Assembly: GCA_016191285.1 (NCBI GenBank)
Contig: JACPPA010000021.1
Coordinates: 14,473 to 78,472 of the forward strand
Origin: Gammaproteobacteria bacterium
GTDB taxonomy: Bacteria > Pseudomonadota > Gammaproteobacteria > Ga0077536
Direction: 5' to 3'
DNA length: 64,000 bases
The stretch's first letter is position 1; every line of letters begins with the position of its first letter. The translations under genes were made by a program, and so were the position numbers. The notes below the pieces were generated by a model. It saw only the letters and a list, made by a program, of their open reading frames with translations, was not told the DNA's origin and did no database searches. Below are positions 42,117-52,404 of the stretch, piece after piece.

Positions 42117-44453
42117 ATGATGACTGCGGAGCCCGCGCGCGACACCGAAGCCCAGGCCTTTCTCGACATGTTGCGCGAGAGTGCGACCGACTATTGTGCC
42201 CGGGCATTGCCCGTTAGCCGCTTGCGGCCGTTACGCGCCGCCGGCCTTGGCTACGACCGCGCGCGATGGCGCGAAATGGCCGACCTCGGCTGGTCATCGA
42301 TCCTCGCACCGGCCGGCGCGGGTGGCTTGGGGTTGGGCGCGGCGGCAATCGGGGCGTTGTGCGAAAACCTGGGTAGCGTAGTCGCACCGGAACCCATTCT
42401 GGAATGCGCGGGAGCTGCAGTATCGATTCTAGCCAGTCTCGACGTCGCGCCGGAGCTCTTGACCGCCATAGCGGCGGGGGAATCGATCGTCATTGTGCCG
42501 GTTAGATCGTGTTCCGAGCAGTCATTTAGTCGTATCACGGCGACGCGGGATGCGCGCGGATTTGCGCTGCAGGGCCGCGTCGCGCACGTTCCCTTGGCGC
42601 AGGAGTCGGATATTGTTCTAGTGCCCGCGCTGCTCGACGGCGAACCCGCCTTGTTCCGGGTGACGACTGCCGCCGTCGGGATGACGTGCGATCTACAAAC
42701 GCTTGCCGACGGCAGTTGCCACGGCAGGTTGAGTTTCGATCGATGCCGCGTCGAAGTATCTGCCCTGCTGGGAGTTGGCCGCGTCGTCGAAGCGGCAATG
42801 ACGCGCGCTACGGAATTGAGTCGGCTCGCAGCGGCCGCGTATCTCAACGGATTGGCCGACGCCTTACTCAAGATCACCATCGCTTACGTCAGCACGCGTC
42901 AGCAGTTCGGGCAAACCATCGCGAGCTTTCAAGTGGTGCAGCATCGGCTGGTTGATCTTTATCTTAAGACACGACTAACGACTGCCGCGGTGCGCGACTG
43001 CCTAGATGCTTTCGACGCGACCAGTGACAGCGAACAAGCACGGTGCGCCAGTCGAGCCTGTTATCGTGCGTGCGAGACGGCGCTCGCGGTGGTGCGCGAA
43101 GCCGTGCAACTTCACGGCGGTATCGGCTACACCGAGCAATGCGATGTGGTGTTGTATCTCAATCGTGCGTTGGTGCTTAGCGCGCGTTATGGCAATGCCG
43201 CACAGCATGCGGCGCGCATCGCCGGACTCGATCGAAATTCCGCGGTGAGCACGCCGCTCGCGGCAAGGCGAACGCCCATCGATCCCAATCTGATTCCCGC
43301 AGAGGGCGATTGGAATGGTCTCGCCAACGAGGATTTTCGCGCCGTAATTCGTGCGTGGTTCGAAGCGAATTACCCCGCCGCTCTGCGCCATCCGTCGCGG
43401 CGTTTGCATTGGAGCGAAGTCAAACCTTGGCATCGGCAACTGTGCGTGCGAGGGTGGGCCGCACCGGCGTGGCCGCGCGAACACGGCGGCATGGGGTTGT
43501 CGCCCGAGAAATTGCTGATTTACATCGAAGAGCGTGAGCGCTGGGGCGTGGCCCGGACCCCGGATCAAGGGATTTTGATGGTCGGCCCATTGCTGATGGA
43601 ACACGGCACCGCGGCACAACGGGCGATGTATTTATCGAAGGCGCTGAGCGGAGAGCACATCTGGTGCCAAGGCTATTCGGAGCCGAACGCCGGATCGGAT
43701 CTCGCGAGCCTGCGGACGACCGCCGATCGCGACGGTGATCATTTTGTCGTCAATGGACAAAAAACCTGGACCACCTTGGCGCAGGACGCGACCCATATGT
43801 ACTGCCTGGTACGCACTGATCGCAGCGCCAAGCCGCAAGCAGGGATCAGTTTTTTATTGATCGATCTCACGGCGCCCGGGATTACGATTCGTCCGATTCG
43901 CAATCTTGCCGGGCATGAAGAATTCTGCGAGGTGTTTTTCGATAATGTGCGCGTGCCGGCGCAAAATCTCGTCGGTATCTTGAATCAGGGTTGGACCATC
44001 GCGAAGGCTTTGCTGGGCTTCGAGCGAATTTTCATCGGCAGCCCCAAAACTTGCCAATACGCGCTGCATCGCTTGGAAGAACTCGGCGCCGCGTTGGATC
44101 TCGCCGCGGATCCGGTGTTCGTGGATAAATTCACCCGGCTCAAGCTCGATGTCCAGGATTTGGAATCCCTCTACAAAGAATTCGCCGACGTCGTGCGCCG
44201 CGGTGAACGGCTCGGCGCCGACGTATCGCTGTTAAAAATCTGGGCCAGCGAGACCTATCAACGGCTCAGCGAATGCTTGCTCGAAACCGCGGGCGAAGCG
44301 GGCGCGACCTTAGGCACGCTCGACTTCAACGGCACACGGATGGAGGTCTTAAGTCATTACTACGGCGCGCGTCCCACCACGATTTACGGCGGCGCGAACG
44401 AAGTTCAACGCAACATCCTCGCCAAGCAAATCTTGAATCTGCCGGCGCGCTAG
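42117..44453 (+). CDS. Fused double acyl-CoA dehydrogenase (two ACAD modules, 778 aa)
   Basis: Two consecutive ACAD-like halves. The second carries the canonical GYSEPNAGSDLASLRT motif and a C-terminal YGGANEVQRNILAKQIL tail. Confidence 0.75.
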   Translation: MMTAEPARDTEAQAFLDMLRESATDYCARALPVSRLRPLRAAGLGYDRARWREMADLGWSSILAPAGAGGLGLGAAAIGALCENLGSVVAPEPILECAGAAVSILASLDVAPELLTAIAAGESIVIVPVRSCSEQSFSRITATRDARGFALQGRVAHVPLAQESDIVLVPALLDGEPALFRVTTAAVGMTCDLQTLADGSCHGRLSFDRCRVEVSALLGVGRVVEAAMTRATELSRLAAAAYLNGLADALLKITIAYVSTRQQFGQTIASFQVVQHRLVDLYLKTRLTTAAVRDCLDAFDATSDSEQARCASRACYRACETALAVVREAVQLHGGIGYTEQCDVVLYLNRALVLSARYGNAAQHAARIAGLDRNSAVSTPLAARRTPIDPNLIPAEGDWNGLANEDFRAVIRAWFEANYPAALRHPSRRLHWSEVKPWHRQLCVRGWAAPAWPREHGGMGLSPEKLLIYIEERERWGVARTPDQGILMVGPLLMEHGTAAQRAMYLSKALSGEHIWCQGYSEPNAGSDLASLRTTADRDGDHFVVNGQKTWTTLAQDATHMYCLVRTDRSAKPQAGISFLLIDLTAPGITIRPIRNLAGHEEFCEVFFDNVRVPAQNLVGILNQGWTIAKALLGFERIFIGSPKTCQYALHRLEELGAALDLAADPVFVDKFTRLKLDVQDLESLYKEFADVVRRGERLGADVSLLKIWASETYQRLSECLLETAGEAGATLGTLDFNGTRMEVLSHYYGARPTTIYGGANEVQRNILAKQILNLPAR

Positions 44454-44529
44454 AACGCACAACCGCGAGCCCGTGAACAATTTGTAACGCAGAGGCTAGG
44501 CGCAGGCCAGCCGCTCTGCGATTCCAAAT

Positions 44530-44919
44530 TCAGCTTGTCATCGATGCTCGCGGATCGAAGTTATGCGGAACACGCATGAAAAGGAGTTTGGCGGGCCCAT
44601 CAAGCACACGGGTGCGATGGCCTTGGCCGCCAGTATCGTCCGCCATGAACATTTCACCGGGTCCCCATTGTCGAATCTCGCCGTCGTTCATCTCAACTTC
44701 GAGGCGACCGGTGAGTACTACGACGAATTGCCGATTCGGCGCCACATGCCAATCTTGATTCAGCCCAACCGGTAGCTCAGCGAGTATCGCGCCGGCCTCG
44801 AACGGGCGCGACAAATGATAGGTGTAACCTGCATCGGTCTTCGACTCCGGGAACGGAATATCGATCTCTTCGAAGCGCGAGACGTGATTGTCCGTTTCGT
44901 AAAATCGAATGATCTTCAT
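44530..44919 (-). CDS. Cupin-domain protein (129 aa)
   Basis: MKIIRFYETDNHVSRFEEIDIPF...WHVAPNRQFVVVLTGRLEVEMNDGEIRQWGPGEMFMADD. GAGGA RBS. Confidence 0.6.
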   Translation of the reverse strand: MKIIRFYETDNHVSRFEEIDIPFPESKTDAGYTYHLSRPFEAGAILAELPVGLNQDWHVAPNRQFVVVLTGRLEVEMNDGEIRQWGPGEMFMADDTGGQGHRTRVLDGPAKLLFMRVPHNFDPRASMTS

Positions 44920-45089
44920 AGCGGTTTTCCTCTTTGAACGAATAGCAGCGATTGCTTTGTAATCTAAATGGACGAGCATCGATACCGGCCAGGTTAATAT
45001 GATGCGATAGGCGATGTAGATTGCGCTATCGCCGTCCCGGCGAAATAAAGACCACTTCATGGATTCCGGCTTACGAGGCCGTATAAAAA

Positions 45090-45450
45090 CTCGATAGGCG
45101 TTGTCGTCGTGGCGTCCGACCCTGCACCCGTCATGCCGGCGCACGCCGGAATCCAAAGAGCCTCAGAGCACCTACCACCGTCATGCCGGCGAACGCCGGA
45201 ATCCAAAGGGCCTCAGAGCACTCCCACCGTCATTCCGGCGAATGCCGGAATCCAGTGAAGAAATACTGTCCGCGCAATGCGCGGACACCTAATCCGACTG
45301 GATCCCGGATAACCGCTCCGCGAATGCCGGGATGACGGCGTGAGAACCGCGCCGCGCTCGCTACCCCCAACACCAGCGCGACAACGCCATCGAGTGTTTA
45401 CCCGGCCTGTTACGCCGGAATGACGATAAGTAAACTCTGGCGCACTTCGG
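45090..45450. repeat. MITE-like composite repeat cluster: three tandem 48-nt VIPAKAGI-type units plus a 110-nt module shared with 8290-8480
   Basis: ccaccgtcat[g/t]ccggcgaa[c/t]gccggaatccaaag.gcctcagagcac repeated three times (45117-45250), then an about 140-nt segment near-identical to 8340-8470. Confidence 0.75.
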
Positions 45451-45494
45451 GCGGTCGGTATTTCCAGTTCGTTATCTAGTCAACATCCTGATAA

Positions 45495-46114
45495 CTATGC
45501 ATAGCCTGTAGGCGGGTCAAGATACCTTTCAATTCCATCCCAGGCCTTATCTTTGATCATCACAAAACGGCAGCGTCCATTGGATACTCCAGCCCACAGC
45601 CCGCCTATCAGGCGATCGTCTTCAGCATCGGTCCAGTGCTGCGCGCCCTTGTTTTCGACCGCAAGGATGCTGCCGCCCGGCAACTGGCAAAGGAAGTCGG
45701 GATAGAAACGTCCATCCGCTTCGGGAATGCCATGCCCGCCCTGCCGGACGCGCTGCGCCACGCGGGCAAGGCTTCTTCAGGGCTGGCGAGTTGGAGAAAG
45801 ATCAGTTTGACCCAGTATCCCGCGGCCTGCCATTGCTCGATCAAGCGCGAATAGTCGCGACCAGACAAGGTGCTTTCAAACGCGAAACTGACGCGCGCCG
45901 CGAAGTGCCGCGCCATTTCTTCCAACATGATTCGCCCGGCTTGCCTGGCAACGGTTTCTGGCGCAAACGGCGCCAGACCCGCGGCGATCAAGTCGGTATT
46001 GACGAACACTGGGCAATTGGCGTCGGTGGGTAGGAACTCGCGGGCAAAGGTCGTTTTGCCCGCGCCGTTGGGACCGGCAATGAGGATAACGCGCGGTGTG
46101 GCCGCCATTGTCAC
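45495..46114 (-). pseudogene. Zeta-toxin-like P-loop ATPase/kinase, frameshifted near nt 45768-45775
   Basis: Walker A GPNGAGKTT, then ...FAFESTLSG...LASPEEAL in one frame. The conserved continuation ARVAQRVRQGGHGIPEAD is in the -1 frame. The called frame ends in a low-complexity tail. Confidence 0.65.
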
Positions 46115-47462
46115 AGCTCCAGCGCGTAAGGGGTTTGCTTGAACACGATACCTTCACGCGAGAGGCGCACGCCCATGCGGCAGGCCGCCGCATAGATCAC
46201 CTTCGGACCGGCGAATTTCGGTAGCACGTCATACACCAGTCCGGTCAGCACGTTGCCGCCCGCCACCGATTTATCCTTGAGGATACCGTTATAGAGCAGA
46301 TAGATCGTCCGACCTTCGTGGGTGCCTAGCAGCGGCGAATCGCTTGTGCCGGTGTAGCCGCTGCCGGTTTCCGCGAACCACACAAATTCGGCGAGCTGGG
46401 CGAAGGTGACATTGGCGCGGATCTGGCCTTCGGCGGTGAAGAGTGGCTCAGCCGAGAGGCGGCAGAACTGGAAGCCGCCGCCGAGGCCGGCTACGACTTG
46501 TTCTTTCGTGTTGATGTAGCCCATGGTGACGCGCTTCACGCGTTCGGTAGTCACGTTGCGAGCAATATAGAACCACATTGTTTGCGGAACGATGCCGTCC
46601 TTCACGTCGGAGAGATAGCGCTTCAATCTCGGCATGTTATTGCCGTCCTCACCCCACCAGATGCGTCCATCCTTGTCGAGCTCTTAAAACTTCGCTTTTG
46701 ATACTCGCCAATACATGCCTTTCCCTGGGCCTGAGATCACTCGGCCCGAAGGACACGAAACCGAATACATTCCTTCCGAGTAGTAATTGCGAGCTTGTAG
46801 GTCCCCGGATGCTCAAGGCCCGCGTGGATCGCCACTTACATTCTTGTAGCGTGCGGTGGCTTCGTCCCCGCGAGGTAAAAGGCTGGGTTTCCATGTCTGG
46901 GCGTCGGTAGCATAAATCACGATGTAATCGTGATCTTCTGACAGATGCCGAGCTGAGTTTTTTGGCGAAAAAATCTTTTGCCACAATACCGTGGCTATAA
47001 ATTTCTCGTGCCAAAAATTTCATCCATTAACAGCCGCAGAGTCGCCACCTCGTTATCGTCAATCGAAATAAAAATCGTCCCGTCGTCGCGCAAGAACTGC
47101 TTTAGCAATAGGAGGCGTGGATACATCATGCACAGCCAGCGATCATGCCGGTCCAACGTCTCGCCTTCCTTGCCCACCACCTCGCCCAGCCATTTGCGAA
47201 TCTCCGGGCTGTTGACGTTATCGTTGTAAGCCCAACCTTCGTTGCCGGTGTTATAGGGCGGGTCGATGTAGATGCACTTCACCTGCCCGGCATAGCGCGG
47301 CAGGAGGGCTTTGAGGGCGTGCAGGTTGTCACCTTGTACGATCAGATTGCCGCTATCGGCATCGCCGCAGGACAATTCAGGCACCGGCTCCAGCAAGCGG
47401 AACGGGACCTCCTTGTGATGTTTGACGACGGCTTCTCTTCCGATCCAATTGAGTGTGGGCAT
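46111..47462 (-). pseudogene. N6/N4 DNA methyltransferase (Type III Mod-like, PF01555-type), disrupted by multiple frameshifts/stops
   Basis: N-terminal fragment with IYIDPPYNTGN (motif IV) and FISIDDNE. Middle segment readable only across frames (HDYIVIYATDAQTWKP ... YKNVSGDPRGPWASGDL ... DKDGRIWWGEDG). C-terminal fragment (PRLKRYL...TIYLLYNGIL...GNVLTG...IVFKQTPY). Confidence 0.7.
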
Positions 47463-47799
47463 GAGCTATAACAAGTTTGTTCAGAAATTCCGCTGCTGAT
47501 GAGTAGATGGCGTCGCGGGCGATAAATGCCGCGACCCAGACCGATGCATCAATAACCATCAGCCACGCCGTTGTTCACGCACGGCATTGACCGCATCCAG
47601 CTTGGTTTTCCAGCTTTTACTGACTTCTCCAGGGCGGCAACCGCCTTGACCTTGCGGAACAGATCGTCCGGCATTTCGATGGTGGTTTTCACGCGCACTC
47701 CCATAAATATGGAAACCCATGAACCCTACCAGTCGTCGCGTGGTCAGTTCAAGGTCTGGTCCGATGCCCGGTGCTTGCGATCGAAATTCAAGGCTAACG

Positions 47800-47960
47800 C
47801 GGTTCAACTAAATAACGGAGCGTAAATACCGTCCACCCTACGCAGGTTGGGCTTTAACCGCGTCATGCCGGCGTGATCCCGGCTTTCGCCGGAAGGAATC
47901 CAGGACAATTAGCTATTCGACTGGGTCCCGGCATTCGCCGGGACGACAGTAGTGCATTCC
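47800..47960. repeat. MITE-like repeat element (family shared with 56100-56230)
   Basis: ataccgtccaccctacgcaggttgggctttaaccgcgtcatgccggcgtgatcccggc...aggaatccaggaca...ttcgactgggtcccggc. Near-identical to 56105-56225. Confidence 0.7.
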
Positions 47961-48011
47961 GATGATCCGACGCACACCGTCGCGACCTGGTCGCTATTTA
48001 TGCTCTTCTAT

Positions 48012-49715
48012 TTAGGGCTCGTAAGCCGCCGTGCGTAACACCCGCCCCGGCAACTTGCCCGTGCATTGATCGTATTCAAAGGTCGGTACGCCGTTGACGA
48101 TGATCGCGCGATAGCCCTTGGCTTTTTGGATTAACCGTTTGCCGCCCGCGATGATGTCTTCGTACACCGGCTCCTTGGGCGTGACTTCGAGTTTCTCCAA
48201 ATCGTAGACCACGATATCCGCCGGCATGCCGACTTGCAGCGTGCCGATCCCGTCGAGCCCGATGGCCGCCGCCGACATATAGGACAGGCGCCAATGCGCT
48301 TCTTCGAGCGTGAGCACCCCTTCGTCGCGTACCCACTTGGTGAGCATCACGGTCGGATATTTACCAAGACACAGGAATTGCGTGTGGGCGCCGCCATCCG
48401 ACAAGCCGGGGATGACGAAGGGATGGCTCATGATCTCGCCCACCGCGGCGTCTTCCGAGTTATTCAGGTCTTCAATCAGGAACAGCGTTCGCAGTTCCTC
48501 GCCGAGTGCGATCTCGCAGAACGCATCGAGCGGCGGAATGCCTATCGCGCGCGCGATTTCACCCACGTACCGACCTTTAAACTTCGCTTGCTCGGAATCG
48601 AACACCTTCATCCGCTCCCAATTACCGGCCCACAAACGGTTCTTGTAATGGTCTAAATCATGTTGCAAGCGAGCCCGTACTTCGGCGTTGCGAAGATTCG
48701 CGAGCCGCTCTTCCATCGGGCAGGCCAGCGCCTTGTTCCACTGCGGCATGTCATCGAACAGGTTGTATTCCACCAAATTGAATAGCGATTCGATTTGATG
48801 CGCGTTGCCGAGCGCAAAAATTCGATGCCGCGTGTTCATGTCTTCCAGACGGCCCAACGCTTCTTTCCATTGGCCGGGTAAGTGATGGACCTGCAGGATG
48901 GCGTTGTAATACACGGGCCGGCCACTCAGTTCCGCCCAGCGTTCCAGCATGGTCGCTTCTTCCGGCCCGAGGTGCAGAGATTGTGGCGTGACTTCGATGG
49001 AGCCGACATTGAACTCGCGGGCGACGCCGATGAGCGCTTCGGTCTCTTCGATATTCGCGATCAAGCTGGGCAGCAGCGAGCCGTCATAATCGCGATCGAT
49101 CAGATTGAAATCCGTGGACAGCCCCAAGGCGCCGGCACGATACCCCTCGCGCACGAGTTCTTTCATCTGCTCCAATTCGTCTAAGGTAATTTTCTCGCGC
49201 CGCGAATCGTCTTCGCCGAGCACCCACGCGCGGATCGGCGATTGCGGGATATAGGTCGCGACGTTGACGCCAATGCCAGCGCGTTCGAGCGACGCCAGAT
49301 AATCGCGCTGACTCACCCAATCCCAGCGCATGCCTTCTTTCATCGACGCGTACGGAATGGCCTCGACGCGGGTCATGCGGCGCATCGCGCGTTCCCGGTC
49401 TTCTGGCCGGCAGGGCGCGAACCCGAAGCCGCAGGCGCTGACCACGATACTGGTGATGCCATGCCAGCACGACTGCGAGGCGTACGGATCCCAGTTCAAT
49501 TGCGCATCGTAATGCGTGTGCACATCGATAAAACCAGGCGCCACCACCAGGCCGCGGGCATCGATCTCCTGACGTCCCTTGCCGCGCACAGTGCCGATTT
49601 CGGCGATGCGTCCGTCCTTGACGGCGACATCGCCGTTAAACGCTGGCATCCGCGTGCCATCGACCACCCGGCCACCTCGGATGACTAGATCGTATTCCAC
49701 AGTTGAATTGGGCAT
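48012..49715 (-). CDS. N-acyl-D-amino-acid deacylase (D-aminoacylase) family amidohydrolase
   Basis: N-terminal block DLVIRGGRVVDGTRMPAFNGDVAVKDGRIAEIG...GLVVAPGFIDVHTHYD. About 567 aa. Confidence 0.75.
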   Translation of the reverse strand: MPNSTVEYDLVIRGGRVVDGTRMPAFNGDVAVKDGRIAEIGTVRGKGRQEIDARGLVVAPGFIDVHTHYDAQLNWDPYASQSCWHGITSIVVSACGFGFAPCRPEDRERAMRRMTRVEAIPYASMKEGMRWDWVSQRDYLASLERAGIGVNVATYIPQSPIRAWVLGEDDSRREKITLDELEQMKELVREGYRAGALGLSTDFNLIDRDYDGSLLPSLIANIEETEALIGVAREFNVGSIEVTPQSLHLGPEEATMLERWAELSGRPVYYNAILQVHHLPGQWKEALGRLEDMNTRHRIFALGNAHQIESLFNLVEYNLFDDMPQWNKALACPMEERLANLRNAEVRARLQHDLDHYKNRLWAGNWERMKVFDSEQAKFKGRYVGEIARAIGIPPLDAFCEIALGEELRTLFLIEDLNNSEDAAVGEIMSHPFVIPGLSDGGAHTQFLCLGKYPTVMLTKWVRDEGVLTLEEAHWRLSYMSAAAIGLDGIGTLQVGMPADIVVYDLEKLEVTPKEPVYEDIIAGGKRLIQKAKGYRAIIVNGVPTFEYDQCTGKLPGRVLRTAAYEP

Positions 49716-50041
49716 CGTTGGTTCTCCATTGACGTGCTGGGCGGCGTTAGGCGCCGAATCGCGGTACCGCTTAAGGCCGGCGCCCGACGCATTTTCTTAG
49801 CCTCTAAATCTGCGTGAAGACCACGATTCGGTCAAGGAATCGAAACGGCTGCACTAACCGTAGAGGTCAATGGGCTTGCTGTCGGGACCGTGGGCGTTAT
49901 CTACCCTGTCGGAAATCCGGTAGTCATTGACGATCTCGGGCGGACGTCGCGATACCGCTTGGCCCCGGCTGCGCGGGCAGTGCCCGATTACCATCGCGTG
50001 ATCGCCGTTAATGTGCTGTCCCACGATCAACTTTCATCAAT

Positions 50042-50128
50042 TGATGCGTTGTTATTGTGGGAGCGGCTTTAGCCGCGAATTTGTCTCGATAAAGATTGGC
50101 CGCTGAGGCGGCTCCCGCAAGACCGCCC
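50042..50128. repeat. REP-like hairpin
   Basis: tgtgggagcggctttagccgcgaa ... cgctgaggcggctcccgca. Confidence 0.65.
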
Positions 50129-50208
50129 GTCTCAGGCGCGGTGTAATGTTGCCGGGAGAAGACGAATTTGAAGATCCAATTGAGAAAAATACGGTAGAAG
50201 CTCATGAA

Positions 50209-51081
50209 TTATAAAAACGATTCGTCGTCGCTTGCATTCAGCCGCGCAAACACCCGCTCAAAAGCATGCACACGCGCGAGATATGCCCGTGGATCGTGAT
50301 CGCCGCAGCGCTGATCGGGGCGGAATTGAAATCCGCGCCCCGCATAGGAAGCGCCTGCGCCTGCGCCGCAGAGATGGATTACGATCGCCAAGTCCTGCTT
50401 TTGCTGCACGGTTGCCGTGCCGATGTCGCGTCGCGTTAATAGTTTCGTAACCTGGCGGTCGAGATTGGCTGCCGTCATCTCGACCGCGTGCGACGGCACG
50501 ACCCGCATATAAAGGTCGTTGAACCAGCATGTGCGCAGCTCATACCAGCGCCCCATTTCCGCCACCCTATGATCATGAATGCAATAACGCCGCGCTTCGG
50601 CGAAGGTGCCATCGGTAATCTGGTACATCCCGACCGCACTGGACGCTGGCCGATAAACCTTGAAGGGTTCCAAACTAAACGACCATCGCCAATAGGTGCG
50701 CGCGACCGGATTACCGGATGCTTCCACCTGCGCCAAGGCGGCGAGGAGCTCTGGCGTCATCACCGCCGTGGCATGCGCGCGAAAAATCGGGGCGTATTCG
50801 CGCCACGTCTCAGGCGGCGTCTTGAACAGCACACCGCTCACTGGGAAGAACAGTTCCGATGGTTTACGTACCACTTGGTAAAGCCAATTTGTAGCGATTG
50901 CCAGTGTCACGACGATAACCAAACCAAGTACTACTTGAATGGCGCCAGGCGCACTGCGCAAGCGCGTATATCCGTTTTTGACGAAGTGCGCGCTGCGTTG
51001 AAATCGTGAGATTCGTGCGCGGCGCTTACGCGGCTTGCGGGGTTTAGCGTTGGGTGGCGTGACAGGGTGGCGGCGAGCCAT
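50209..51081 (-). CDS. Membrane-anchored lytic transglycosylase (SLT domain) protein
   Basis: N-terminal basic tail plus a TM segment. SLT motifs ALAQVEASGNPVA and SAVGMYQITDGTF. Confidence 0.7.
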   Translation of the reverse strand: MARRHPVTPPNAKPRKPRKRRARISRFQRSAHFVKNGYTRLRSAPGAIQVVLGLVIVVTLAIATNWLYQVVRKPSELFFPVSGVLFKTPPETWREYAPIFRAHATAVMTPELLAALAQVEASGNPVARTYWRWSFSLEPFKVYRPASSAVGMYQITDGTFAEARRYCIHDHRVAEMGRWYELRTCWFNDLYMRVVPSHAVEMTAANLDRQVTKLLTRRDIGTATVQQKQDLAIVIHLCGAGAGASYAGRGFQFRPDQRCGDHDPRAYLARVHAFERVFARLNASDDESFL

Positions 51082-51161
51082 AGATGATCTTTGCGATAGA
51101 CAAACCGCTAACTTTGGAAAGTCACGGGATTGACCGGTCGCAGCGCCTAAACCCGCGCTCC

Positions 51162-51632
51162 TTAGACCAGCGTGCCGTTGGGAAAGCCGAGCGGCGGAAA
51201 CTTCTCGATGGCTTTAGTTGGCGTGGTCATGTACTCCACTTCGATCTGGCGCATCGCGAATAGCCAGCGATCATCTACCTGGCGAAATTCGTCGTGATAG
51301 GTTCCGGTGGCGAAGAAACCATCGCCGGTGGCGATAGTGACCGCGCTTGCGATGAGATACGTTACGCCACTTGCTCGTGATCCCGTCACTTCGATCAGCG
51401 GCGACATGACCATATGTTTTAAATGCCGCACACCAGATTTAAAATGCTTCTCGTAATATGCGTACCAACCTTCGATTCCACTGCGTCCGCGAACCTCGTA
51501 GCGACCGTCGTAAAACGGACGTAACACCGCATCGGCGGCGAACAGTGTTGCAACCTCCGCCGGTGTCCCTCGGTCAACACGATGACAGTAAGCGGCTAAT
51601 AGTTGTTTTATCGCGGTGATGTCGTTGGCCAT
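51162..51632 (-). CDS. NTF2-like / SnoaL-like protein
   Basis: MANDITAIKQLLAAYCHRVDRGTPAEVATLFAADAVL... Confidence 0.6.
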   Translation of the reverse strand: MANDITAIKQLLAAYCHRVDRGTPAEVATLFAADAVLRPFYDGRYEVRGRSGIEGWYAYYEKHFKSGVRHLKHMVMSPLIEVTGSRASGVTYLIASAVTIATGDGFFATGTYHDEFRQVDDRWLFAMRQIEVEYMTTPTKAIEKFPPLGFPNGTLV

Positions 51633-51849
51633 GGGACGGTCCTCCATTGCAGGCGGTTATGACACGGAAGATTATGAGTCAGGGCATTAAGTATAGGCCG
51701 CAATTTGCACGCGCCCGATACCATTGGCGTCCGCGCTGATTTTTCCCGCAGCGTATGCTGCCGCAACAACGCGCTTTCCATCCCCTTGTTTACTAACTCA
51801 ACGGCAGCGCGCGATACTGCCGACGCATGCACTGAAGTAGGAGTTCCCC

Positions 51850-52347
51850 ATGGCGAACAAGAAATCACCGAAGATCGTAAAAATCGATATTGGGCTGACC
51901 GAAACCGACCGCGCGAAGATCGCGGACGGATTGTCCAATCTGTTGGCGGATAGCTATACGCTGTACTTGATGACCCATAATTTCCACTGGAACGTTACGG
52001 GCCCGATGTTCAATACGCTGCATCTGATGTTCATGGGGCAATACACCGAGCAGTGGACTGCGCTTGATCTGATTGCCGAGCGGATCCGCGCGTTGGGGTA
52101 TCCGGCCCCGGGCACTTACCAGGAATTCGTCAAACGTGCCTCGATCCAAGAAATCGCGGGCGCGCCGAAGGCGATGGAAATGGTGCGGCAGTTGGTGATC
52201 GCGCAAGAAGCGACGGCCCGAACGGCGCGGCGTCTGTTTCCAGTGGTGAACGCGGCCGACGATCAACCGACGGCCGATCTGCTGACGCAACGCCTTGAGG
52301 TGCACGAGAAAACCGCTTGGATGCTGCGCAGCTTGCTCGAGGAATAA
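51850..52347 (+). CDS. dps: Dps-family DNA-binding ferritin-like protein
   Basis: LLADSYTLYLMTHNFHWNVTGPMFNTLHLMFMGQYTEQW... ferroxidase-centre residues. About 165 aa. Confidence 0.85.
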   Translation: MANKKSPKIVKIDIGLTETDRAKIADGLSNLLADSYTLYLMTHNFHWNVTGPMFNTLHLMFMGQYTEQWTALDLIAERIRALGYPAPGTYQEFVKRASIQEIAGAPKAMEMVRQLVIAQEATARTARRLFPVVNAADDQPTADLLTQRLEVHEKTAWMLRSLLEE

Positions 52348-52404
52348 ATCTAAACGCGCTTCAACCCCGCACGCAAAGCGACAAGATCTCGCGAAGGAGG
52401 CCGT

